Below, piece by piece: positions 55,998 through 64,000 of a DNA stretch of 64,000 nt; positions within the stretch are counted from its first letter, which is position 1, and each line of letters starts with the position of its first letter. The stretch is from a phage, in the sequence record NC_103192.1; one strand, 5' to 3'. A model generated the notes under the pieces. The model saw only the letters and a list, made by a program, of their open reading frames with translations, did no database searches and was not told where the DNA came from. The position numbers were made by a program, and so were the translations under genes.

Positions 55998-56487
55998 TAC
56001 CGAATAATTTTTCTAGGCGATGCAGATCTTCAAAATTGAAAGGTTCATCAACAATATGAATATCTTCAGCCTTTTCAGATTGTTTTGTATACTTTCTTAC
56101 ATTAACACGATCTTCTACTGGGATATCATACGGAAGATCTTGCACAAGCATTGCCTCACCAGGTGCTTTATCTACATCTAAAATATCTACACCGTTATAC
56201 ATTTGTGGGTATCTAAAGTCTGCACGCATGACACCAGCAAATACATCTGCCTTTCGATAATGGGTTGGCTTATTTTTGCATCGAACGTTTTTTCCACGGA
56301 GAACATCAATATTTTTTAAATCAAACCCTACGGCAAAGAGTGCAGCTCGGAGACCGTTTCGTGTGCGAACGTTAAACCCAGGGACGGTAGCTAGGAAATC
56401 TAAAGTAACTGAAATAAATGTCTTTTTAGGAATCATAACATTACTCATATCTGTCTCCATTTCTGGCTCACCAACAAAGTGAGCCAT
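55987..56487 (-). CDS. hypothetical protein
   Basis: 166-aa ORF. Confidence 0.5.
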   Translation of the reverse strand: MAHFVGEPEMETDMSNVMIPKKTFISVTLDFLATVPGFNVRTRNGLRAALFAVGFDLKNIDVLRGKNVRCKNKPTHYRKADVFAGVMRADFRYPQMYNGVDILDVDKAPGEAMLVQDLPYDIPVEDRVNVRKYTKQSEKAEDIHIVDEPFNFEDLHRLEKLFGIES

Positions 56488-56546
56488 TATTATAGATTAT
56501 CTGATACTATTAGTCAACACAAAAGTTACCTATCGCTGTGATAGGA

Positions 56547-57530
56547 TTAACCTTTCACGAAGTGGTTATTAAGCAGTTGTCTGTGCTGAACCCACCCACA
56601 AAAGTTGGCAGACCAGAATTTACCATCACGGTCTTGATGGGTTACACCTTCCTGCCAAACACAGCTGTCTTGTGTGATTTCACATGAAGACAGGTAGTAG
56701 TTTAAACGTTCCATTGCGTTATCGTGATCCATAGGTGTTGCCTGGTGCTCGTAAGGGCTTGCATGGATACGATCCCCACCAATCAATTTTTTAGCCACAC
56801 TGTCTGCCTTTTCAAACGTGCTGTCAATATTTCGATAAGATACTTGTGCACAGCAACTAGCACTGATAGACAGAGCTTCTTTAGTATCGAGAATGCAGAG
56901 CTTTCCTTCTGTGTCACGTACAGCGTAGTTAAACTCTCCGTCCAAATAAACGTGCTCTACATATGGAGTGTGCCATTGCCCTGGTTTAAGGATTTCAGGA
57001 GTGCTATTCACAAGAGCTTCCCACATACAATTAGCCAACATCTGAATCGTAGGATCCGCATCGTGCCAGCAACGGAGATGGAAAAAATTATTCCACTCTG
57101 TGCTTGTTACAACTGTTTTCATGCGCTGAAACGGCTCCACTAAGCGGTTACATACTTGTTTATGGTAACCAGCAAGGGCGAACTTCTCTGCATGCCAAGC
57201 GGCGTTTTTTGCAGCTTCTTTCCAAAACTCTTCAGGGGTTAGCTCCATGTCAGTGTACTCTACACGGATCTTTTGATCGTGTTCTCCACCATCTTCCATA
57301 CCTCGCTTATTTACACCGAAGCGAACTGGCATTGCCGGATTCTCCACAATCTGCTGCAGCATCTTGCCGACAGGAACTGCACGGGAAGACATGGCGTTTC
57401 GGCTGAACACTCGGTGCGTCATAAGCTCTGAGTGAATAATTCGAGGATACTCTAGCTCAAAAGTGGTGATACGCTTACCTTTCTCGGAAATGCTGTCAGC
57501 AATGATCTTTGCAGTGCACAGTTTTAGCAT
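56547..57530 (-). CDS. thyX: flavin-dependent thymidylate synthase (ThyX family)
   Basis: ThyX signature-like THRVFSRNAMSSR (RHR..S....S.R pattern). Confidence 0.7.
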   Translation of the reverse strand: MLKLCTAKIIADSISEKGKRITTFELEYPRIIHSELMTHRVFSRNAMSSRAVPVGKMLQQIVENPAMPVRFGVNKRGMEDGGEHDQKIRVEYTDMELTPEEFWKEAAKNAAWHAEKFALAGYHKQVCNRLVEPFQRMKTVVTSTEWNNFFHLRCWHDADPTIQMLANCMWEALVNSTPEILKPGQWHTPYVEHVYLDGEFNYAVRDTEGKLCILDTKEALSISASCCAQVSYRNIDSTFEKADSVAKKLIGGDRIHASPYEHQATPMDHDNAMERLNYYLSSCEITQDSCVWQEGVTHQDRDGKFWSANFCGWVQHRQLLNNHFVKG

Positions 57531-57730
57531 TATTTAGCTCTCCTTGTTTTAATTTTGGAAATTTCGTCTGGGTTTATGTTGGCCTTAAATGCAAGGTATC
57601 TGTTAAACATATCAGAGCACATGTCTTGGGTGATCCTGGAGGCATACACCAGCTTACCGCCCAGATCATACACCTCTATCCAGTCACCGTATCTGACTAC
57701 AGGATCGCCACCTTTAGAACATCTGCCCAT
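57530..57730 (-). CDS. hypothetical protein
   Basis: 66-aa ORF. Confidence 0.45.
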   Translation of the reverse strand: MGRCSKGGDPVVRYGDWIEVYDLGGKLVYASRITQDMCSDMFNRYLAFKANINPDEISKIKTRRAK

Positions 57731-57731
57731 T

Positions 57732-58325
57732 TCAAATACCTTCTAAAAACTTCCCTATTTTGTACCAGCTGTTAGCGGTATAGTCAACACTAACCTTCAA
57801 CTCCTCGAATTGCTCGTAAGGAGTGTCTTTTAAGATTTTAATAACTTCAGGACGTGAAGCGAATTGATTCAGGTATTCATGCCTGTCGTCAATTATAACA
57901 TCTACAGCCACATTACCTTTGAAATGTGTGGCGTAGAAGCCGTGACCCTGGGTGTGATCGTCCAGATCCATAAAATCGCTGGTCCAACGCTTTAAGAACC
58001 TTGATTTAGATGCAAGGTGACCTTTCTTACATACAGAGATAAATGCAAGCTTGTGACCACGAGCCACCAAATCTTTCATAACCTCAATAGCCCCCTCTTC
58101 AGGCTTAAGAAAGTCGTAGAGGAACGGGTCACTCCAGAAATCAAAAGGCCCTATGATGTTTTCTTTGGGGCGATCAGGCCAATACTTTGACAGATCGTAA
58201 TACATCAGTCCGTTAGAAGGTTTAGCGACTGTCTTGCTGGCTGGACCATACAAACGCTCTAGCCATTCCCACCATGCTGTTCCTGAGTCTACCAGTGTTA
58301 AATCTACATCAATTCCGATCAGCAT
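57732..58325 (-). CDS. HAD-family 5'-deoxyribonucleotidase-like phosphatase
   Basis: DxDxT motif IGIDVDLTLVD; later VIIDDR. Confidence 0.65.
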   Translation of the reverse strand: MLIGIDVDLTLVDSGTAWWEWLERLYGPASKTVAKPSNGLMYYDLSKYWPDRPKENIIGPFDFWSDPFLYDFLKPEEGAIEVMKDLVARGHKLAFISVCKKGHLASKSRFLKRWTSDFMDLDDHTQGHGFYATHFKGNVAVDVIIDDRHEYLNQFASRPEVIKILKDTPYEQFEELKVSVDYTANSWYKIGKFLEGI

Positions 58326-58330
58326 TGTTC

Positions 58331-59890
58331 TCAGCCCTCTTTAGCATCAATATACTTGCACACAATCTCAGATGCGCACTCCCAAGGAGCTCCCTCGGGG
58401 TTAACAACATCAAACTCGATACCTTTTATCCCGTTCTTCTCTAAGCTAAGGTAAGTTCTGGAATCATTTCCCCAATCATATCCTGCACGGTGGATACGGA
58501 ACAGTAGAAGATCGCCACCTGTGCTGTATGCGTACTCGCCAAGGCATGCCAGCTCCTCTTTGAAGCCACCGTCGGAGTAAACAACAACCCCTTTACCTTC
58601 AGGGAAATCTTTCTTCAAGGATGCGACTGCGGCCTTACCGAAAGCATCTTCACCAAAGATAGGTTTAATCAGATTTTCACTACAATGGATCATCCATTCT
58701 CGCGGAGAAACATGCTTGCCGTCTATCATTAAGAACGGGCACGGTTCTTCTTTGTAGCGGCGATCATAAAGTGCATTCCACAACTGTGGTGAAATACCCG
58801 CTGCCTTAATTGCCACACTGAATAGCATTTCCTTTACCTCGCGGTGATGCGAGTTTGGAATGGCTTCCAACAAAAGATCTGCGATATGGTCTTTTCCACT
58901 GTTACCTGTTAAAAACACCATACCGTTTTGTCTTGCCACCCAAAATCCGGTTGTTGTGGTAAAGCAGTAACACTTACCCCCAGGTAACTCCTCTTTGTAA
59001 GGTTGAAAAGCTTTATCTGGATTATCATATCCGCCACTTTTACGCATCGAATAAGAGTCTGACTTTAGAATTTTTACCGCATAGCAAACGCTACGAGTTC
59101 TGCTCTCTTTATCACACTCCCTTTTGTAGTTATCTATTTCAATTTTGGCCTTTCTTCCACATTTTGCTGCTAAAAGCTGAAACAGATCTGCCTCCTCTTT
59201 AGAAGTGGTTGAGAAAGATTTGTATTTCTCGCACCCATCCCATTTCAGCATCTCGTTTAGTAGTTTTTCACTAGCATTAGAAGAGAGATTCCACCAATGG
59301 CTAGGTATACCATCTTTCTTCATGAAAGGGCTGTTGTAAATGAAAAAACGGGTGTAGCCAGGCATACTATCAAACTCTTTTTCGGAAAAGGTTACTCCAG
59401 TTCTTTTAAATAAGTATCGTAGCCTCTCCTTTTTACGGTCCTTTTTAATATTAAACATCAAAACACCCTCCCGATTTTTAACCTCAGAGGAGTCTGCTAA
59501 GATTGCAACTCTAAGCAGGTCAAAATCGTCAACATCCTCTCCAGATTCTTGATGGAAGGTGGCAGGTATATATCCATCGTAGCCAGTTTTGGATTCCAAA
59601 GTTATCTCTGACCACTCTCTAGCAATTCTTGATCCTCTTCTGTTTTCATACAGAACTTTGTGGTTAGGTGTTAAAACCATGGACCATGTGGCAAAAACGC
59701 CCTTTTCAAAAACTGGAGTATTGCCTTCAATAAATTCAGGTATCTCCCAATGCATTGCCCCAAATTTATCGCACACTGCCACGAAATCATTATCAAAATC
59801 TTCTATACTTTTCCACCCAGATTTGGTGAGGAACTCTGTACCACTCGGGACGCAGCACGGTGGAGCGTTAAGAACAATAATATCCATCAA
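58331..59890 (-). CDS. deoxynucleoside monophosphate kinase precursor (contains intein 58901..59854)
   Basis: Exteins MMDIIVLNAPPC + SGKDHIADLL... give P-loop LNAPPCSGKD, resembling T4-type dNMP kinase N-terminus (LSGVKRSGKD). Confidence 0.7.
   Translation of the reverse strand: MMDIIVLNAPPCCVPSGTEFLTKSGWKSIEDFDNDFVAVCDKFGAMHWEIPEFIEGNTPVFEKGVFATWSMVLTPNHKVLYENRRGSRIAREWSEITLESKTGYDGYIPATFHQESGEDVDDFDLLRVAILADSSEVKNREGVLMFNIKKDRKKERLRYLFKRTGVTFSEKEFDSMPGYTRFFIYNSPFMKKDGIPSHWWNLSSNASEKLLNEMLKWDGCEKYKSFSTTSKEEADLFQLLAAKCGRKAKIEIDNYKRECDKESRTRSVCYAVKILKSDSYSMRKSGGYDNPDKAFQPYKEELPGGKCYCFTTTTGFWVARQNGMVFLTGNSGKDHIADLLLEAIPNSHHREVKEMLFSVAIKAAGISPQLWNALYDRRYKEEPCPFLMIDGKHVSPREWMIHCSENLIKPIFGEDAFGKAAVASLKKDFPEGKGVVVYSDGGFKEELACLGEYAYSTGGDLLLFRIHRAGYDWGNDSRTYLSLEKNGIKGIEFDVVNPEGAPWECASEIVCKYIDAKEG
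58901..59854 (-). mobile_element. intein (about 318 aa) inserted in P-loop of dNMP kinase
   Basis: N-block CVPSGTEFLTKSGW (compare polymerase intein CYSGDTQILTEKGW); C-terminus ...GFWVARQNGMVFLTGN followed by +1 Ser; internal LLRVAILADSS LAGLIDADG-like motif. Confidence 0.7.
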
Positions 59891-60090
59891 AAACCTCCGT
59901 GGTATTCTTCAACTGCATCAATAATACTTTTACACTTATCTACCAGCTCGTTAGCCACTACAGCATCGTCTTCCCAAACAGCCTCCTCAATCTGATCAAG
60001 CAGTGATCGCATCTTACCCATCATTTCTGGGATAAAGTCTTCTGAAAAGCTGTCTGGAATTGTTAACTTTAGTGTCATTGTGGCCTCCAA
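59887..60090 (-). CDS. hypothetical acidic protein
   Basis: 67-aa ORF. Confidence 0.45.
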   Translation of the reverse strand: MEATMTLKLTIPDSFSEDFIPEMMGKMRSLLDQIEEAVWEDDAVVANELVDKCKSIIDAVEEYHGGF

Positions 60091-60105
60091 TCATACTATG
60101 CGTTA

Positions 60106-60564
60106 TTAGAAGTTTGTTTTTACACGTCCCTTTTCATCAACCTCGTTGTTAGCTAAAAGCGTTACAAAGTCTGTGAAACGGACATGAAGAACTTTTTTCT
60201 TATCAAGGTATCCTAAAGCCACCCCTGAGAAATTTAGCATCAAAGGGGCTAAAGAAGCTCTGGCACTGAAATGCCGTTGTTCTACCCTTCCAACACCCTT
60301 AGTGTAGGATGGGTTAAGATTGTAAGTTCTGAATCCTAGTTTTGTTGGAGCTTTAGAATTAAAAACAACTTTATAGCGTTTCTTACTCAACTTATGCTCC
60401 AGGATAAGCATTCCCTTATCACCTTTGATAAGTTGAAAATCTGTAAAGTGCTCTTTTAAGACGAAAGGTAGTGCCAGTCCCATCGCCTGTCCTCTTTGTA
60501 CCGCTGTCTCACCAAAAGCTTTTGCATCAGTAAGTTCTTTGGTCAAGTCTATGCTTTTGATCAT
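60106..60564 (-). CDS. hypothetical protein
   Basis: 152-aa ORF immediately downstream of MTase, overlapping its 3' end. Confidence 0.5.
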   Translation of the reverse strand: MIKSIDLTKELTDAKAFGETAVQRGQAMGLALPFVLKEHFTDFQLIKGDKGMLILEHKLSKKRYKVVFNSKAPTKLGFRTYNLNPSYTKGVGRVEQRHFSARASLAPLMLNFSGVALGYLDKKKVLHVRFTDFVTLLANNEVDEKGRVKTNF

Positions 60565-61375
60565 ACCTGGTCTCCAAAATGTATTGTAGTTCTTTCTTAC
60601 CTATACTCTTCATTCCAGCAGTCTTACCTGCTTCTTCTTGAAAAGAAGAATAGCATTCAGCAAACACTCTGTCAACACCGTCAACTAAAGATTTTATGAA
60701 ATATGTTGATTCTTCAGATTTTGGGTCATCATCCCCCAATACTTTTCCAGCATTATACCCAACACGTCTTACACAGAAGTCGTAGTCATCTGGTGTGCTA
60801 AAAGAAAATAACTTATTCTCTCCAATCTCTACAGGATCCCTATTGCACGCCTTTTTCTCCCAAATTTGGAAAACACATGGCACGTCATAAGGTTTACCAT
60901 TAAGTAAAAACGAGTTCTTAGGGCACCTTTCGCTGTAGACAAGGTGCATAGACATGTCCAGTTTGTTTGCAAAAAATATTTTTTCAAATGTCCGTGGCAA
61001 GATGAAGGCTATAGCCCCGCCAAGCTCTAGCAATGATGCACAATGGTTAAAGAATTTGCAAGCTAAAGATGAATTCTTGCCAAATGGTGGGTTACCTATG
61101 AAGACATCTGCCTTGGGATGCACCTCCAAGAAGTTTGCCTGAATGCACTGTGTTGGTCCTTCAAATTCAGGATCTGGTACTAGATCGTACGACAGTATCT
61201 TTGAAAATAGTTTTGAAAAAGAACCCCTTCCAGCAGAAGGCTCAACGTATGCACAATTCCCATACTTGTCTTTTACTTTACCAACAAGATATTCTGCATA
61301 CTCAGGGTTTGTGTAATATTTGTCGTTGGACTCTTTCTTGCTCAAAGTGCCTCCAAAAGGAAAAGGGAGGCGCAA
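60527..61375 (-). CDS. DNA N6-adenine methyltransferase
   Basis: Motif I-like VEPSAGRGSF and motif IV IGNPPF. Confidence 0.7.
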   Translation of the reverse strand: MRLPFPFGGTLSKKESNDKYYTNPEYAEYLVGKVKDKYGNCAYVEPSAGRGSFSKLFSKILSYDLVPDPEFEGPTQCIQANFLEVHPKADVFIGNPPFGKNSSLACKFFNHCASLLELGGAIAFILPRTFEKIFFANKLDMSMHLVYSERCPKNSFLLNGKPYDVPCVFQIWEKKACNRDPVEIGENKLFSFSTPDDYDFCVRRVGYNAGKVLGDDDPKSEESTYFIKSLVDGVDRVFAECYSSFQEEAGKTAGMKSIGKKELQYILETRYDQKHRLDQRTY

Positions 61376-61390
61376 GCCTCCCTATAATTG

Positions 61391-62374
61391 TTAGATTATC
61401 TGAATCAGGGTGTTTTTCATTTCTTCTCTGGTGCGGATGTTGTTACGGTCACGAACAACAGATCCACAACCTTCGCAGCGGTATGTTTTAAATGCACTCA
61501 GTTGAGTATACGCCAAAGCTTCTTCCTCGTGAAGGTGTTCTCCACCACAGCGTGGGCAACGAACTTTTGGCTCCTCGTCTTGATAGTACAATGACATGTT
61601 TGGGTGCTGCTTAGCAAACGGGCGAGCCAGCAAATACAGGCCTTCCAGAGACAAGATATCACCAACATTGTACTCCCGCATCTGTTTAAACGCCTCAAGG
61701 TCACCGTGAACACACTTGATCCACATTTCAAATGTGTGGTCAATCAGTTTCTGTCTGGCAAGTTGGAAGTATTTGCATGCATACTCCAAAGTGTTTGCAT
61801 TCAAACGGAATGCCTTCTTGATCATTTTAAGGGTGTCAACCTCTTTGTAGGGGCTTGTTGGAGGCAACCCGTGAAATGCAAATCGTTGGTTGGCCCACCC
61901 GCAGTCAAAACCTGAATTGTGGGCTACTGCTACATCGCATTTATCCAGATAATACCACAAATCCTGAATCAATTCGAGATCATTGTGAATATCCTCATCC
62001 CACATTTTGTAATCTGGAAGAGCGCAGTCAACCACACTAGGGTTGTCTAACCACTTACCTGCGAAAGTTAGCATATAGGGCATAACTTCAATACCACAGG
62101 TTTGAATGTTGGTCTTATAGTGCCCAAAGAACCAGCCGTTTGTTGGGGATGTCTCTGTATCATACACCCAAACTTTAGCACCTTTGTGCTCTTCAAGGAA
62201 GCGCTCCGTTGCTTCTCCTACAATCTCTGACATATTCTCTTGTGCACGTTTAAGCTGTAGTCGGATCCAGCTCTCGCGTGACTCACGGCCTAAAAATTCA
62301 CGAGCAATTTGTCTATTAGTGTATCCCTGTTGCTTTAGTGTTAAAATTTGCTCAAGAGTTAACTTTGTCATCAT
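61391..62374 (-). CDS. putative DnaQ-like (DEDD) 3'-5' exonuclease with C-terminal zinc ribbon
   Basis: Exo I-like VWVYDTETSP, Exo II-like AHNSGFD; CPRCGG...CEGCG. Confidence 0.55.
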   Translation of the reverse strand: MMTKLTLEQILTLKQQGYTNRQIAREFLGRESRESWIRLQLKRAQENMSEIVGEATERFLEEHKGAKVWVYDTETSPTNGWFFGHYKTNIQTCGIEVMPYMLTFAGKWLDNPSVVDCALPDYKMWDEDIHNDLELIQDLWYYLDKCDVAVAHNSGFDCGWANQRFAFHGLPPTSPYKEVDTLKMIKKAFRLNANTLEYACKYFQLARQKLIDHTFEMWIKCVHGDLEAFKQMREYNVGDILSLEGLYLLARPFAKQHPNMSLYYQDEEPKVRCPRCGGEHLHEEEALAYTQLSAFKTYRCEGCGSVVRDRNNIRTREEMKNTLIQII

Positions 62375-62386
62375 CGTTAAGATTCC

Positions 62387-62608
62387 TTAGTAAAACTGAA
62401 GAATGTCTTTTAAAGCGAAGTCACGATATTCGCCCTTGTCTACATCGAAGGCACGCATCAACCACTGCTCTTCTTTATGATACTCTGTAGAGCCAAACCA
62501 TAAATTAGGCTCAGTAACGCAGCGATCTGCAACAACACCTTTCCAGTTACGGTATTTCATCCTGATCAGGACTGAGTCGCAAGGATTGAATACCTTTTTC
62601 ATCCCCAT
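62387..62608 (-). CDS. hypothetical protein
   Basis: 73-aa ORF. Confidence 0.4.
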   Translation of the reverse strand: MGMKKVFNPCDSVLIRMKYRNWKGVVADRCVTEPNLWFGSTEYHKEEQWLMRAFDVDKGEYRDFALKDILQFY

Positions 62609-63152
62609 AGAAATCTCTCTCCTCAGTTTTCTTTATAAACTCCTGCATGTAGAACTCAATAGCCTCATGCTTGGTGCACTCCGGATTAATGACAAGATTG
62701 AGATCTGATTCTGCTCGTGCAATAATCGTAGCTTTAGAGCATCTCCTCAAGAACTTTGTCATATCATCTCTGTAGTTTTTGTGGAGCGGGAAGTCGCTGT
62801 AGTCTTTCTCCAAATAGTCAGCCATCCGGCGCAACGCCTCTGATAAACTGCAATCTGTATACTCGTTACAGTATTTCATCCAGTATTTAAGCACATACCC
62901 CTCAAAGGTATTAGTGCATTGAGACAAAACACCCCTGCAGCGACCAGTCAGATGATCATGATCTAAACAAGGCTTACGAAGTGGTTCACACAAGATCGGA
63001 TCAAGACCATCCTGCTCTTCTGACAATTCTTTCCGAAAGTTGGCTATGTCCTTAGAATCTTTTAGCCACCCGCTATGAACGGGGGCTTTGACAGCTTTCT
63101 TTCTTATTTTACGCTTTGCGATAATCCCTCCAGATGCGCCCTGCCTATCCAA
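62547..63152 (-). CDS. endonuclease VII-like Holliday junction resolvase
   Basis: CLDHDHLTGRCRGVLSQCTN matches Endo VII LDHDH...G..RG.LC..CN signature. Confidence 0.65.
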   Translation of the reverse strand: MDRQGASGGIIAKRKIRKKAVKAPVHSGWLKDSKDIANFRKELSEEQDGLDPILCEPLRKPCLDHDHLTGRCRGVLSQCTNTFEGYVLKYWMKYCNEYTDCSLSEALRRMADYLEKDYSDFPLHKNYRDDMTKFLRRCSKATIIARAESDLNLVINPECTKHEAIEFYMQEFIKKTEERDFYGDEKGIQSLRLSPDQDEIP

Positions 63153-63733
63153 TAAGCATCTGCAAGATCGGCCTTACCTTGTGCCAAATTGATCCCATCC
63201 AGGAACCCAGGTTCAGATACTTCGCAGGCCTTAACCATCAACTTTTTATCCATTGTAACAGGTTTCTTCACAGTATGCTCTTTACCTGTCTTTTTGTCAA
63301 GCTTTTTCTTCTCCTCAAAAGCAAGTTCTTCAGGAAGATGACTACGAGCAAACTTTTTGGCAGTTGTTGGTGTCACTGTGTGGACCTTAAACAGGCCGTC
63401 ATTTTCACAATCAGCTAAGGCATCCCAAAGCATAATTTCAAGACCGTAAAACAACCCAGCCAGTTCACGTGTGGCATCCCCGCGTGATCCAAAGGAAAGC
63501 CCTTCCATAACCACGGTGTCAACGTGATGCGTGTGGATATAATATCTGACCTGTTTGCAGATCCAGTCAATACGCTCAGCAGCTGTTGCAAAAGAAACCG
63601 TCCCTGGTTTCTTCTCTTTTGCAGATGAGCTTTGAGTTCGTAACACAACCTTATGAACAGGCTTTCCATCGTCCCATACAACGCAGGCTGTGTGGGTAAG
63701 AGACTGATCTATAGACAGCAGTCTTTCTCTCAT
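63104..63733 (-). CDS. RuvC-like resolvase/nuclease
   Basis: N-terminal LSIDQSLTHTACVVWDDG resembles RuvC/YqgF first catalytic Asp region. Confidence 0.55.
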   Translation of the reverse strand: MRERLLSIDQSLTHTACVVWDDGKPVHKVVLRTQSSSAKEKKPGTVSFATAAERIDWICKQVRYYIHTHHVDTVVMEGLSFGSRGDATRELAGLFYGLEIMLWDALADCENDGLFKVHTVTPTTAKKFARSHLPEELAFEEKKKLDKKTGKEHTVKKPVTMDKKLMVKACEVSEPGFLDGINLAQGKADLADAYWIGRAHLEGLSQSVK

Positions 63734-63948
63734 ACTGTTTCCTCTTCATGTGGGGAATAAGCTTTGTCTTTGAACAGCACAAGAGAGCAAAGCTTAACGT
63801 CTGTTTCCACGCTGGTAAACATGCATAGCCGCTCGCCCTCAATCAGCTCACAATCCTCTTTTAAAACAGCAGACCATACACGATCATCTGCGTAATCATC
63901 AGTATACAAGATGTATGCAATAGTGTCATCTTCATACAACCGCCACAT
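63730..63948 (-). CDS. hypothetical protein
   Basis: 72-aa ORF. Confidence 0.4.
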   Translation of the reverse strand: MWRLYEDDTIAYILYTDDYADDRVWSAVLKEDCELIEGERLCMFTSVETDVKLCSLVLFKDKAYSPHEEETV

Positions 63949-64000
63949 ACCTGTGGCAACAATAAATGTATTTTTTGTTTTAATGGTCCCTGTTGTATGA

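Overview
This window reads as a segment of a large lytic tailed-phage genome, probably infecting a Gram-negative host (inferred from the many near-consensus sigma70-type promoters TTGACA-N16-18-TATAAT and Shine-Dalgarno sites). Layout: (i) 1-9180, plus strand: DNA methyltransferases, a T7 gp4-like primase-helicase and a family A DNA polymerase; (ii) 9200-17760, plus strand: small genes including an SSB-like protein, an HNH endonuclease and a macro-domain protein; (iii) 17800-18900: iteron-like repeats; (iv) 18900-29040, plus strand: a dense early-type block of about 35 small genes, each with its own promoter and often a terminator; (v) 29090-31600: 2.5 kb of repeat-rich DNA with no convincing ORFs; (vi) 31600-64000, minus strand: an array of small acidic paralogous genes, then a nucleotide-metabolism and DNA-processing module (HPF homologue, Dam-like methyltransferases, ClpP-like protease, PhoH, nrdG, nrdD, glutaredoxin, nrdB, nrdA, ThyX, HAD nucleotidase, dNMP kinase, exonuclease, Endo VII-like and RuvC-like resolvases). 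The most striking property is the load of self-splicing and homing elements: the DNA polymerase gene carries both an intein (between motifs A and B) and a group I intron (inside motif C); the dNMP kinase gene carries an intein inside its P-loop; nrdD is split into three exons by two group I introns, each encoding an HNH endonuclease; and there are at least two free-standing homing-endonuclease genes. No tRNA, rRNA or CRISPR array was recognised. All calls come from reading the sequence and the six-frame translations by eye; no database search or folding program was run, and intron, intein and promoter coordinates are estimates.
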